NCBI GenBank assembly: GCA_905380995.1
Contig: CAJPUS010000066.1
Coordinates: 1 to 52,476 of the forward strand
Origin: an uncultured Flavobacteriaceae bacterium
GTDB lineage: Bacteria > Bacteroidota > Bacteroidia > Flavobacteriales > Flavobacteriaceae
Reading direction: 5' to 3'
DNA: 52,476 nt
The stretch's first letter is position 1. Every line of letters begins with the position of its first letter. The position numbers were made by a program, and so were the translations under genes. A model generated the notes under the pieces. It did no database searches. It had not been told where the DNA came from and saw only the letters and a list, made by a program, of their open reading frames with translations. Shown in pieces: positions 42,608 through 50,293 of this stretch.

Positions 42608-43675
42608 TTAAATCAAGTCAATTAAACTGACATTTTGATAGTTTCTTTTTAAATATTTTAATGTTTTTTCCATCAAATCTCCCATGGATTTACATTCTAA
42701 AAATGAGTTCTCGTTAGTAAATTTAAATATCTCTTTTTTTAAATTAACAACATTATCTTTTATGCTCACAGTATCATCTTTCATTATGCCAATTAATAAT
42801 TTCATTCTTTCATCAGATATAATTAGCCTTCTAGAAATTGTTGATCTTTCTTCAATTTTATACTGAGTTATTGAGTCTGTCTTTAGTTTTTCTCTTACTA
42901 AATCCATCATTGGTTGATTCTCTTTAAAAAACTGTGGTCTATATACAGAAAATTTACCTTCATAGGATTGTTGATCAAAATCAATGGCACGAATTTTATA
43001 AATAACTTGATCAAAATCATGAATTGGGATTACAACATAGTTATAAGATCTCATGTCACCAAGCAATCTGATCATACATCTTTCATTAAATTTAACATAT
43101 TCCTTTGCAATTTGAGCTTTTTGTATTTCCGAGCATTTAGGTAAATAATCTTTAATAAAAATATCTCCTGGAATACCTGCGATGTGTTCTTCTATAAGGG
43201 AGGAATGGTTAACTAGAAAATTGAGATTTCTTGGAGAAAGCATATGTTCAAATTCAATACCATACACTCTTGATGCATCGGTTTTTTTAACATAGAAATA
43301 TGTAAAATTATCATTTACAATATTTCTAATTTTCACTCTAAACGGTTTAGAGTTTCCAAATGTGCAATAATCTACAGAGTCTATTGTAAGATACGGAATT
43401 GAGGATGGGTTACCATCTGAATGTAATAATGTATAAATTATTTTTAAATTATTGTCAATTTCTTGTCTCTCATTTTCATTAAAAATAAGTCTTATCCAAA
43501 GAGTGTCTTTATCTTTTTTATCAAATAAATTAATGGAGTCAGAAAATCTTAATAAATCATCATAAGAAATAACATCATCCATCCATCTATCATGAGTTTT
43601 CAAAAAATCTTTTAATTTTTTTGATATACGAAAGAAAGGTTTCTTCTTTGATATAAGTTTCTTGTTGATTTCCAT
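42608..43675 (-). CDS. hypothetical protein with protein-kinase-like motif pattern
   Basis: The track ORF (42608-43771) reads through tRNA-Pro. I start the gene at ATG 43675 (MEINKKLISKK...), giving 355 aa. See the findings for the motif argument. Confidence 0.65.
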   Translation of the reverse strand: MEINKKLISKKKPFFRISKKLKDFLKTHDRWMDDVISYDDLLRFSDSINLFDKKDKDTLWIRLIFNENERQEIDNNLKIIYTLLHSDGNPSSIPYLTIDSVDYCTFGNSKPFRVKIRNIVNDNFTYFYVKKTDASRVYGIEFEHMLSPRNLNFLVNHSSLIEEHIAGIPGDIFIKDYLPKCSEIQKAQIAKEYVKFNERCMIRLLGDMRSYNYVVIPIHDFDQVIYKIRAIDFDQQSYEGKFSVYRPQFFKENQPMMDLVREKLKTDSITQYKIEERSTISRRLIISDERMKLLIGIMKDDTVSIKDNVVNLKKEIFKFTNENSFLECKSMGDLMEKTLKYLKRNYQNVSLIDLI

Positions 43676-43700
43676 AAAATAAATATACAATAAACATATG

Positions 43701-43777
<77 letters not shown>

Positions 43778-43808
43778 TTAAAAAAATAAGTTTGATCTTG
43801 ACCTAGTT

Positions 43809-43840
43809 AATAAAATAAAAGGCTAAAAAAATTATAGCCT
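43809..43840 (-). terminator. rho-independent terminator after the lipoprotein gene
   Basis: On the minus strand the stem is AGGCTA/TAGCCT (43820-25 / 43835-40) with a 9-nt loop, followed by TTTTATTTTA. Confidence 0.45.
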
Positions 43841-43865
43841 GTTTGATTTTAATCTTTATATAACT

Positions 43866-44354
43866 TTAATTAAGACTTTCAGCATAAATTGTTGCTTCTT
43901 CAATGATAGCAGCAGGATCAACATAGCATGTAGTGCTTACAATTTTGTCGTCTTCCCACACCCATCTACAGTGACATGGATAACTATATTCTTTACCTGT
44001 TAAAATTGATGTAGCAGACCAATCAAAATCATGGAATGTCTCTACAGTTCCATCAGTAAATGTTGCAGTGTAAACTTCTCTGTCATTATGTTTAATATCT
44101 TTAAAAATCAACGAATGAGAGTTATAACCGTCAATAATTCCATCAACGTCAAATTCTAAATTATTAAAGTAATGTTTACCATCGGGAGTAAAATAATCTC
44201 TTGCCATATCAAAGTTACCTGCTAAATATGAATCAGCAAGGTTAACAATAATCTCAGATTTTTCATCATCATCTTGAATGAAACCTTTAAAACTTTCGTT
44301 AAGGTTACAGGATGTTAGGCTAAATGTTGTTAAAAGTATCAGTATTTTTTTCAT
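43866..44354 (-). CDS. small lipoprotein (hypothetical, possibly NTF2/SnoaL-like)
   Basis: 162 aa with the lipobox LTSC. The fold guess is weak. Confidence 0.65.
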   Translation of the reverse strand: MKKILILLTTFSLTSCNLNESFKGFIQDDDEKSEIIVNLADSYLAGNFDMARDYFTPDGKHYFNNLEFDVDGIIDGYNSHSLIFKDIKHNDREVYTATFTDGTVETFHDFDWSATSILTGKEYSYPCHCRWVWEDDKIVSTTCYVDPAAIIEEATIYAESLN

Positions 44355-44600
44355 TTTTTTATGTAAATGTTATTAATAAAGTTAAAAATTTATAATAAAA
44401 AAGCTGTTTTAAAAAATGAAATCGATAAAATCGCTCTACTAACGTAGTAATTTACATTTTAAGTTTATTATAATTAGTTAAATAATATTTTACATATTAT
44501 TCAAAAATTTTAATTTATAGATATATTAAATTACTATATTATTAAATATTATACCTTTTTTTTATCAAATTAGCAAAATTTTTATTAAATTTAAACAATT

Positions 44601-44655
44601 TCCCGTGTGGACTGGGATTAAAAATATAGTCGCGGGTGGAGAGAACGCATCCGGA
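44601..44655 (+). ncRNA. candidate structured 5' leader / RNA switch upstream of the YRGV mini-ORF
   Basis: This is the only non-tRNA G+C-rich island in any intergenic spacer of the window. It can form two mutually exclusive hairpins that share CGGG 44633-36 (details in the findings). The strand assignment is assumed from the downstream ORF. Confidence 0.35.
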
Positions 44656-44669
44656 AAAATCGTTACAAT

Positions 44670-44879
44670 ATGTTTAATATAAATCTGAAATTTATGAAAT
44701 CTAATAAATCAAATTTTACTTACAGAGGTGTTAAATATAATCAAAATGATATTTCATCTTCTGATTCAAAACTTTCTAATGGAATTTATAGGGGAGTTAA
44801 GTTTAATGAAAGTTTAACTAAGAAAAATAATTCTGTTAAAAAGAAAGGTTCATATAGGGGTGTAGAAGTTTCTCTCTAA
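44670..44879 (+). CDS. YRGV-repeat mini-protein (DUF4278-like?)
   Basis: 69-aa ORF with an alternative in-frame ATG at 44694. YRGV occurs at residues 18, 40 and 62, encoded with different synonymous codons. A strong terminator follows 16 nt after the stop. Confidence 0.55.
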   Translation: MFNINLKFMKSNKSNFTYRGVKYNQNDISSSDSKLSNGIYRGVKFNESLTKKNNSVKKKGSYRGVEVSL

Positions 44880-44894
44880 TAAAAATATGATACC

Positions 44895-44930
44895 AAAAAA
44901 AAAGGCTTTAATCGAAAGCCTTTTTTTGTT
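44895..44930. terminator. bidirectional rho-independent terminator
   Basis: Stem AAAGGCTTT(44901-09)/AAAGCCTTT(44915-23) with loop AATCG. It is flanked by an A-run upstream and a T-run downstream. It can serve both the mini-ORF (+) and tRNA-Pro(TGG) (-). Confidence 0.75.
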
Positions 44931-45095
44931 TGGGTTGAATGTGTTTTTACTCACATGATCTTTCCTAAAAAACTAAATTACCTAAGTATAAAAAGGATTT
45001 TTATAATATCTAAGTTTTTTCTAGTCTAAATGAGGTACAATGTTAACCAAATTAAAAAATATTAATAGATTTCAATTAATTGTTTTATAATTATG

Positions 45096-45170
45096 TCGGG
45101 GTGGCAGGATTCGAACCTGCGACCTCCGCGTCCCAAACGCGGCGCGATAACCGGGCTACGCTACACCCCG
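45096..45170 (-). tRNA. tRNA-Pro (anticodon TGG), CCA not encoded
   Basis: Hand-folded 75-nt cloverleaf. The acceptor is CGGGGTG/CACCCCG and the anticodon arm is CCGCG-TT TGG GA-CGCGG. The variable loop is AGGTC and the T arm is GCAGG-TTCGAAT-CCTGC. The discriminator is A. Confidence 0.95.
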
Positions 45171-45224
45171 AAATTGAGATGCAAATATAAGCTTAATTCA
45201 ACTTTTGCCAAAAATTAAATTTAG

Positions 45225-46157
45225 TTATGCAGACATTGGAGACATGATTTTAATATCGTTATATTTTATTTGACCTCTTATAACAGATGATATATTTGAA
45301 ACAAGTGCATTAATTACAGGAAGTTTTAATTGACTCTTTGAATATATCATGCTAATTTCTCTTGCAGGTGCAGGATCATGAAAAGGTATAATGTTTTCAA
45401 TATTAGAAGCTGATAAATTATTAGAGTGTAAGTAAGGGATAATCGTCATCCATGGGCCATTGTTCGATAGGTTAATTAATGTTTCAAAGCTTCCACTTTT
45501 GAGTTCATATTGTTTATTTACATCTTCTAAAGTACATAAATTAAGTACCTGGTTTCTAAAACAATGCCCATCTTGAAGTATTAACAAGTCACCATTAGTG
45601 AGGTCATCAACATCTAAATACTTATTTCCAGATAATCCATGGTGTTTGGGAACATATGCAACAAATGGTTCGTAGTACAAAGGTCTTTCAATTATACTAC
45701 TATTTGTTAATGGTGTTGCAGCTATTGCACAATCTATAGAATTATCTTCAAGTTTCTTTACAATTGTTTCAGTATTGAATTCTTCTATTTTCAATTCAAC
45801 ATTTTTATGTTTTTTTGTAAAAATATTTAAGAATAACGGTAATAAAGTTGATGAAACTGTTGGAATAATACCCACTTTTAAAGTTCCACCAATAATTCCT
45901 TTTTCCTCAGAAATTACATCATTCATTCTAGTTGATTCCTCAATAATCTTCTTAGCTTGATTTAGAACTTTTTGACCTACTTCAGTTACCTGTAGTGGCT
46001 TTGTTGATCTGTTGAAAATAGTAACTCCTAGTTCTTCCTCAAGTTTTTGAACTTGCATACTAAGTGTTGGTTGGGTTACATAGCACTTTTCAGATGCAGT
46101 AGTAAAATTTCCATATTCTGCTACAGAAAGTGTGTATTTAAGTTGCGTAATTGTCAT
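45225..46157 (-). CDS. oxyR: LysR-family peroxide-sensing regulator OxyR
   Basis: 310 aa with the N-terminal HTH ASEKCYVTQPTLSMQVQKLEEELG. The segment LQDGHCFRNQVLNLC matches the OxyR redox Cys pair context (GHCLRDQ...C). Confidence 0.85.
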   Translation of the reverse strand: MTITQLKYTLSVAEYGNFTTASEKCYVTQPTLSMQVQKLEEELGVTIFNRSTKPLQVTEVGQKVLNQAKKIIEESTRMNDVISEEKGIIGGTLKVGIIPTVSSTLLPLFLNIFTKKHKNVELKIEEFNTETIVKKLEDNSIDCAIAATPLTNSSIIERPLYYEPFVAYVPKHHGLSGNKYLDVDDLTNGDLLILQDGHCFRNQVLNLCTLEDVNKQYELKSGSFETLINLSNNGPWMTIIPYLHSNNLSASNIENIIPFHDPAPAREISMIYSKSQLKLPVINALVSNISSVIRGQIKYNDIKIMSPMSA

Positions 46158-46259
46158 TATAAGTTAAATTTATATTTTCTCAAAAATACATAAAATTTTA
46201 TTATTTAAAATTAAAGAAATGTTAAATACTATTATAACATATGTTTATATATTTGGATA

Positions 46260-46979
46260 TTGATAAATGTTTTGAAAAAAAATATTTTTGGTCAGTCAAT
46301 CATTTTTAAAAGATTGATTATTGGAATCGTAGGTCTTTTAACACATAGAATATTTAGTAGTAATAAGTTTGAAATTAAAGGTTCAAATAATTTAATTAAT
46401 CTCCCTGAATCTAATGTGCTTTTTGTAAGTAATCATCAAACATATTTTTATGATGTAATAGCTATGCTTCATGTTTTTAATTCTACTGTTAAAGGACGTA
46501 TAGATACTGTTAGAAGACCTAAATACCTTATTAGTCCAAAGACAAACCTTTATTTCATTGCATCTTTAGAAACTATGAAAAAGTCCTTAATTACAAAACT
46601 ATTGACATATGCTGGAGCAATTTTGATAAAGAGAAGTTGGAGAGATTCAGGAGAATCTGTATCTAGAAATATTAGAACAGAAGATCCTAGCAAAATAAAA
46701 TTAGCATTAAAAGATGGCTGGGTAATAACTTTTCCAAAAGGAACAACTGATAATACAAAGCCAGTCAGAAAAGGATCTGCATATATTATTAAGGATAACA
46801 AACCCCTAGTAGTTCCAGTAAAAATTTCTGGATTTAATAGTGTTTTTCAGAAGAAAGGTCTGAAAGTTATAAATAGAGATAAAAAATTCTCAATTGAAAT
46901 AATGAAGCCACTAAATAAAAATATTACTAATAGCTCAATTGATAAAATAACAATAGATCTGGAGAATATTATTAATTAA
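46260..46979 (+). CDS. lysophospholipid (1-acyl-sn-glycerol-3-phosphate-type) acyltransferase family protein
   Basis: 239 aa with a TTG start per the track. It has the SNHQTYFYD motif (an HX4D-like box, here with H-x5-D spacing) and FPKGTT (an FPEGT-like box). Confidence 0.75.
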   Translation: MINVLKKNIFGQSIIFKRLIIGIVGLLTHRIFSSNKFEIKGSNNLINLPESNVLFVSNHQTYFYDVIAMLHVFNSTVKGRIDTVRRPKYLISPKTNLYFIASLETMKKSLITKLLTYAGAILIKRSWRDSGESVSRNIRTEDPSKIKLALKDGWVITFPKGTTDNTKPVRKGSAYIIKDNKPLVVPVKISGFNSVFQKKGLKVINRDKKFSIEIMKPLNKNITNSSIDKITIDLENIIN

Positions 46980-46981
46980 TT

Positions 46982-47515
46982 TTATTCGCTAGTATTAATC
47001 TCAATACATCCAATTCTCATACCAGAGGCACCAGAGGGTTGAGACACATAATCATCTTGGCCATTATGAATTATAACAGCTTGATCCAATAGGTCAGTTT
47101 CTTTTCCACAGCCTAGACACCAAAGATCAGTTGAAAAATCAACCATACCATGACCAATGCTATCAATTTCAAAATTACCAACAGCACCAAGGTGAAACCC
47201 AGTTGGATCTCCCCACTTACTATGCTTAGTGTTAGTTGGATTCCAGTGCCCTCCTGTACTTAATCCATCACTTGATGAACAATCTCCAATTTCATGAATA
47301 TGAATAGCTCTTAAACCAGGTTCTAGCCCATAAACGTGTGCTTCTAAGTAGACTGAATCCTTTTTTTGTGTAAAAGAAATAGTTCCAGAAATGTTCGAGT
47401 TATTAAGTGGAATTATTGATTTTTTTATGGTAATGTTATTCTCTTCAATACTATTACATGATGTTAAAAAACCTATTAGTAAAAATATAATTAATTTTGT
47501 GATATGTAATTTCAT
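46982..47515 (-). CDS. sodC: Cu,Zn superoxide dismutase lipoprotein
   Basis: 177 aa with the lipobox LTSC, and HIHEIGDCSS, GGHWNP and IIHNGQDD. Confidence 0.93.
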   Translation of the reverse strand: MKLHITKLIIFLLIGFLTSCNSIEENNITIKKSIIPLNNSNISGTISFTQKKDSVYLEAHVYGLEPGLRAIHIHEIGDCSSSDGLSTGGHWNPTNTKHSKWGDPTGFHLGAVGNFEIDSIGHGMVDFSTDLWCLGCGKETDLLDQAVIIHNGQDDYVSQPSGASGMRIGCIEINTSE

Positions 47516-47536
47516 TCTGCTAATTTAAAATTAAAA

Positions 47537-48562
47537 ATGCTTAAAAGAAATTTTTTCAAAATATATATTTTATTATGGTTTATATCTGGTTGTAAACTTT
47601 CCTATAACACATACGATTTCGAGGAATCACCTGAAATTCAAGAGCCAGATTATAGTAAAAATGTGAGCTGGGCAGTCTTACCTGAAAAGATTCCGTCTGT
47701 TATATCAGATTTTTACAAGGAGAAAAAAAAAGAGAAAAATGCGGATGTCTTTTACATTTATCCAACTTTGATAGATGGAAAAGATCTTAAAGCTTGGAAT
47801 TCAGATATATGGGATCGTTCTATTAGAAATGATGTTTTAAAAAGACCGGTAAAATATCAAGCTTCAGCTTGGATTGAATCTGGAAATTTATATGTACCCT
47901 TTTATAGGCAAGCTCATATCAGGGTCTTTAATAAAAAATTTCAATCTGACGGAAAAAAGGCTTTAGACTTAGCATATAGTGATTTAAAAAAAGCTTTCTT
48001 ACACTATTTAAAAAACTATAATAATGATAAACCATTTATAATTGCTTCTCATAGTCAGGGTACATTTCATGCAAAAAGACTCATTTCAGAGTTTATAGAT
48101 GGAAAAGAGCTTCAGAATAAATTAATTGCAGCATATTTAGTTGGATACAAAGTGGACAAAAACGAGTTTAATAATATAAAACCCATGATTGCTGAAGATG
48201 AAATAGGAGGTTTTGTTGCATGGAATACATACAAAATGAATAAATACCCTAGAAAAAACAACTATGAAGAGTGGTTTAGAGGAGGTGTTACAACTAATCC
48301 AATAACTTGGGATGAATCAATTGACACTAAAAACACACTTCATAAAGGACTATTATTTACAAATCTTAAAATTTTTCCTAAAAATATTAACATCAAAATA
48401 ATTGATGGTATGATTTGGTCGTCAGTACCAAATGTACCGGGTAAATTTCTTTTTAGAACTATAAGAGACTATCATTTTGCAGATATAAATTTATTTTGGG
48501 TTGATATAAAAGAAAACGCAAAACTTCGAGCTGATCAATGGTTTTTAAAAAATAATTATTAA
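47537..48562 (+). CDS. DUF3089-like alpha/beta-hydrolase-fold lipoprotein
   Basis: 341 aa with the lipobox ISGC and the nucleophile-elbow-like IIASHSQGT. Confidence 0.65.
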   Translation: MLKRNFFKIYILLWFISGCKLSYNTYDFEESPEIQEPDYSKNVSWAVLPEKIPSVISDFYKEKKKEKNADVFYIYPTLIDGKDLKAWNSDIWDRSIRNDVLKRPVKYQASAWIESGNLYVPFYRQAHIRVFNKKFQSDGKKALDLAYSDLKKAFLHYLKNYNNDKPFIIASHSQGTFHAKRLISEFIDGKELQNKLIAAYLVGYKVDKNEFNNIKPMIAEDEIGGFVAWNTYKMNKYPRKNNYEEWFRGGVTTNPITWDESIDTKNTLHKGLLFTNLKIFPKNINIKIIDGMIWSSVPNVPGKFLFRTIRDYHFADINLFWVDIKENAKLRADQWFLKNNY

Positions 48563-48586
48563 ATTTCAAAAAAAAAACTAAAAATT

Positions 48587-50017
48587 ATGTCCTCAAATAA
48601 AAATTCAAGAAGAAAATTTCTAAAAAATACAGCTGTAGCATCATCTTTATTTATTGTTCCTAGACATGTATTAGGTGGAGATGGATTCATCGCACCAAGT
48701 GATAAGGTAAATGTTGCTGGTGTTGGTCTTCATGGTCAAGGTCAAGCTGATGTAAGTAGAACCGCTGCAAGTAAATATGCTAATATAGTTGCTCTGTGTG
48801 ATGCACATCCAAATGCAAATGGATCCATTGCAATTAGAAATAAGTTCCCTGATGCAGAGTTTTATATTGATTACAGAGAGATGATTGATAAGAATAATGA
48901 CATAGATGCTGTTATTGTAACTACACCAGATCATACACATGCTAATATTGCAGAGTTTGCTATGTTGAGAAACAAACATGTGTATGTTCAAAAACCCCTT
49001 ACTCACAATGTTAAAGAAGCTAGATATTTGACCTTACTAGCCAAAAAACAAAAGGTTGTGACTCAAATGGGAAATCAAGGCTCTTCTAATCCTGATCAAA
49101 AACTAATTCAGAAATGGATTAAAGATGGTAAAATTGGAAAAGTTGATAGTGTTGATGGATGGACTAATAGACCAGTTTGGCCACAAGGAGTTAACATTTC
49201 TAAACCAGATAGTTCAAAAAAACCCGAGGGAATGGATTGGGATTTATGGGTAGGACCAGAAAAAAATAATGGGTATATACCTGGTCTTCACGCATTTGAT
49301 TGGAGAGGATATTGGGACTATGGTACAGGTTCACTTGGTGATATGGGATGTCACTTAATGGATGTTCCAATAAAAGCGCTTGGCCTATATGATCCTTACA
49401 GTGTCGAGGCAAGTATTTCAAGACAACCATATGTGAGGTCTTACACACCTGCTGATGTATCTAACTCTGCTGTTCCAGCGAGCTCAATTGTTACATACAG
49501 GTTTAATCCTTCTAAATTAAATGATTCTAAAGTTAAATTTACTTGGATGGATGGTGGCTTAAGACCATCGCAGCCTGATCAAATCAAAGAAGATATTGGA
49601 CTTGGAGGAATACTTATTTATGGAGAAAAAGGTATAATATCATGTAATGATTATGGAACTAGAGCAAAGTTATATATTAATGGAGAGCTTGTCGAAAAGG
49701 GCCAGTTTGACGGAATTCCAGAAAATTCATTTAATCATTACTCATCATGGGTTGAAGCCATGGTTGATGGATATGGTAGTGTTAAACATAAAAATTTGAA
49801 TTCAGGGTTTGATGTTGCTGGGCCAATTTCCGAAGTTGTTTTACTTGGTAATGTTGCTGTTAGAAGTGGATTGTTGAAAAGGTCTCCTAGAAGTAACGTA
49901 TATATCGGCAGAAAAAGACTTGATTATGATAGTAAAAATATGGTTATTACAAATTTTGATCAAGCTAATCAATTTCTAACAAGAGAATACCGAAAAGGTT
50001 GGGAGCTTAATATTTAA
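48587..50017 (+). CDS. Tat-exported Gfo/Idh/MocA-family oxidoreductase
   Basis: 476 aa with the twin-arginine signal SRRKFLKNTAVASSL, a Rossmann segment VNVAGVGLHGQG, and VYVQKPLT. Confidence 0.85.
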   Translation: MSSNKNSRRKFLKNTAVASSLFIVPRHVLGGDGFIAPSDKVNVAGVGLHGQGQADVSRTAASKYANIVALCDAHPNANGSIAIRNKFPDAEFYIDYREMIDKNNDIDAVIVTTPDHTHANIAEFAMLRNKHVYVQKPLTHNVKEARYLTLLAKKQKVVTQMGNQGSSNPDQKLIQKWIKDGKIGKVDSVDGWTNRPVWPQGVNISKPDSSKKPEGMDWDLWVGPEKNNGYIPGLHAFDWRGYWDYGTGSLGDMGCHLMDVPIKALGLYDPYSVEASISRQPYVRSYTPADVSNSAVPASSIVTYRFNPSKLNDSKVKFTWMDGGLRPSQPDQIKEDIGLGGILIYGEKGIISCNDYGTRAKLYINGELVEKGQFDGIPENSFNHYSSWVEAMVDGYGSVKHKNLNSGFDVAGPISEVVLLGNVAVRSGLLKRSPRSNVYIGRKRLDYDSKNMVITNFDQANQFLTREYRKGWELNI

Positions 50018-50250
50018 TTTACAATAGATATTTTAACTCTTCTATTTTTTTTCCTTTCACTTAAAGGACTGATTGGATATTTTGAAAAACCTTCACCATA
50101 AGCTCTTAATTTCAACCTGTCACTATGAATACCCTTTTCAATAAGTAATTCTTTAATATTTATTGACCTATTTTGTGAAAGATTCATGTTATAATCAACT
50201 TCACCTTCAAAAGATGCCTAACCAGTTAGTATTAAAATATGAAAAAATTT
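50014..50250 (-). pseudogene. decayed remnant of an OmpA-family C-terminal (peptidoglycan-binding) domain gene
   Basis: Manual reverse-strand translation gives KFFHILILTG*ASFEGEVDYNMNLSQNRSINIKELLIEKGIHSDRLKLRAYGEGFSKYPISPLSERKKNRRVKISIVN*. This matches the OmpA_C pattern I.GHTD..G...yN..LS..RA..v...L...Gi...rl...GyGe..P.....NRRVei. There is an in-frame TAG at 50218-50220, GHTD has degraded to G*AS, and there is no room for the N-terminal part. Confidence 0.6.
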
Positions 50251-50293
50251 TGTTAATACATAAGATTGAATTATAATTAAGAAAATTTAAAAT

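Noticed and set aside
44601-44655. The G+C-rich element as a ZTP (pfl) riboswitch, a guanidine/mini-ykkC riboswitch, a preQ1 riboswitch, or a tRNA-derived att remnant.
   Set aside because: GTGGACTGGGA loosely recalls the pfl GUGACUGGCG box, but the obligatory downstream CCGCCUGGGC pseudoknot partner is absent. There are no ACGR tetraloop hairpin pairs and no preQ1-like A-rich tail. On the minus strand, CCACCCGCGA resembles the tRNA-Pro acceptor 3' strand (CACCCCGA). However, no T-arm or extended identity to either tRNA-Pro is present, so it is not a convincing integration-site repeat.
46158-46259. An OxyR operator (ATAG-N7-CTAT-type) in the oxyR / acyltransferase divergent spacer, and the idea of an oxyR-sodC oxidative-stress operon.
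   Set aside because: Only a short ACATATGT palindrome is present, with no convincing tetrad of OxyR half-sites. sodC is separated from oxyR by an oppositely oriented acyltransferase gene, so the proximity may be coincidental.
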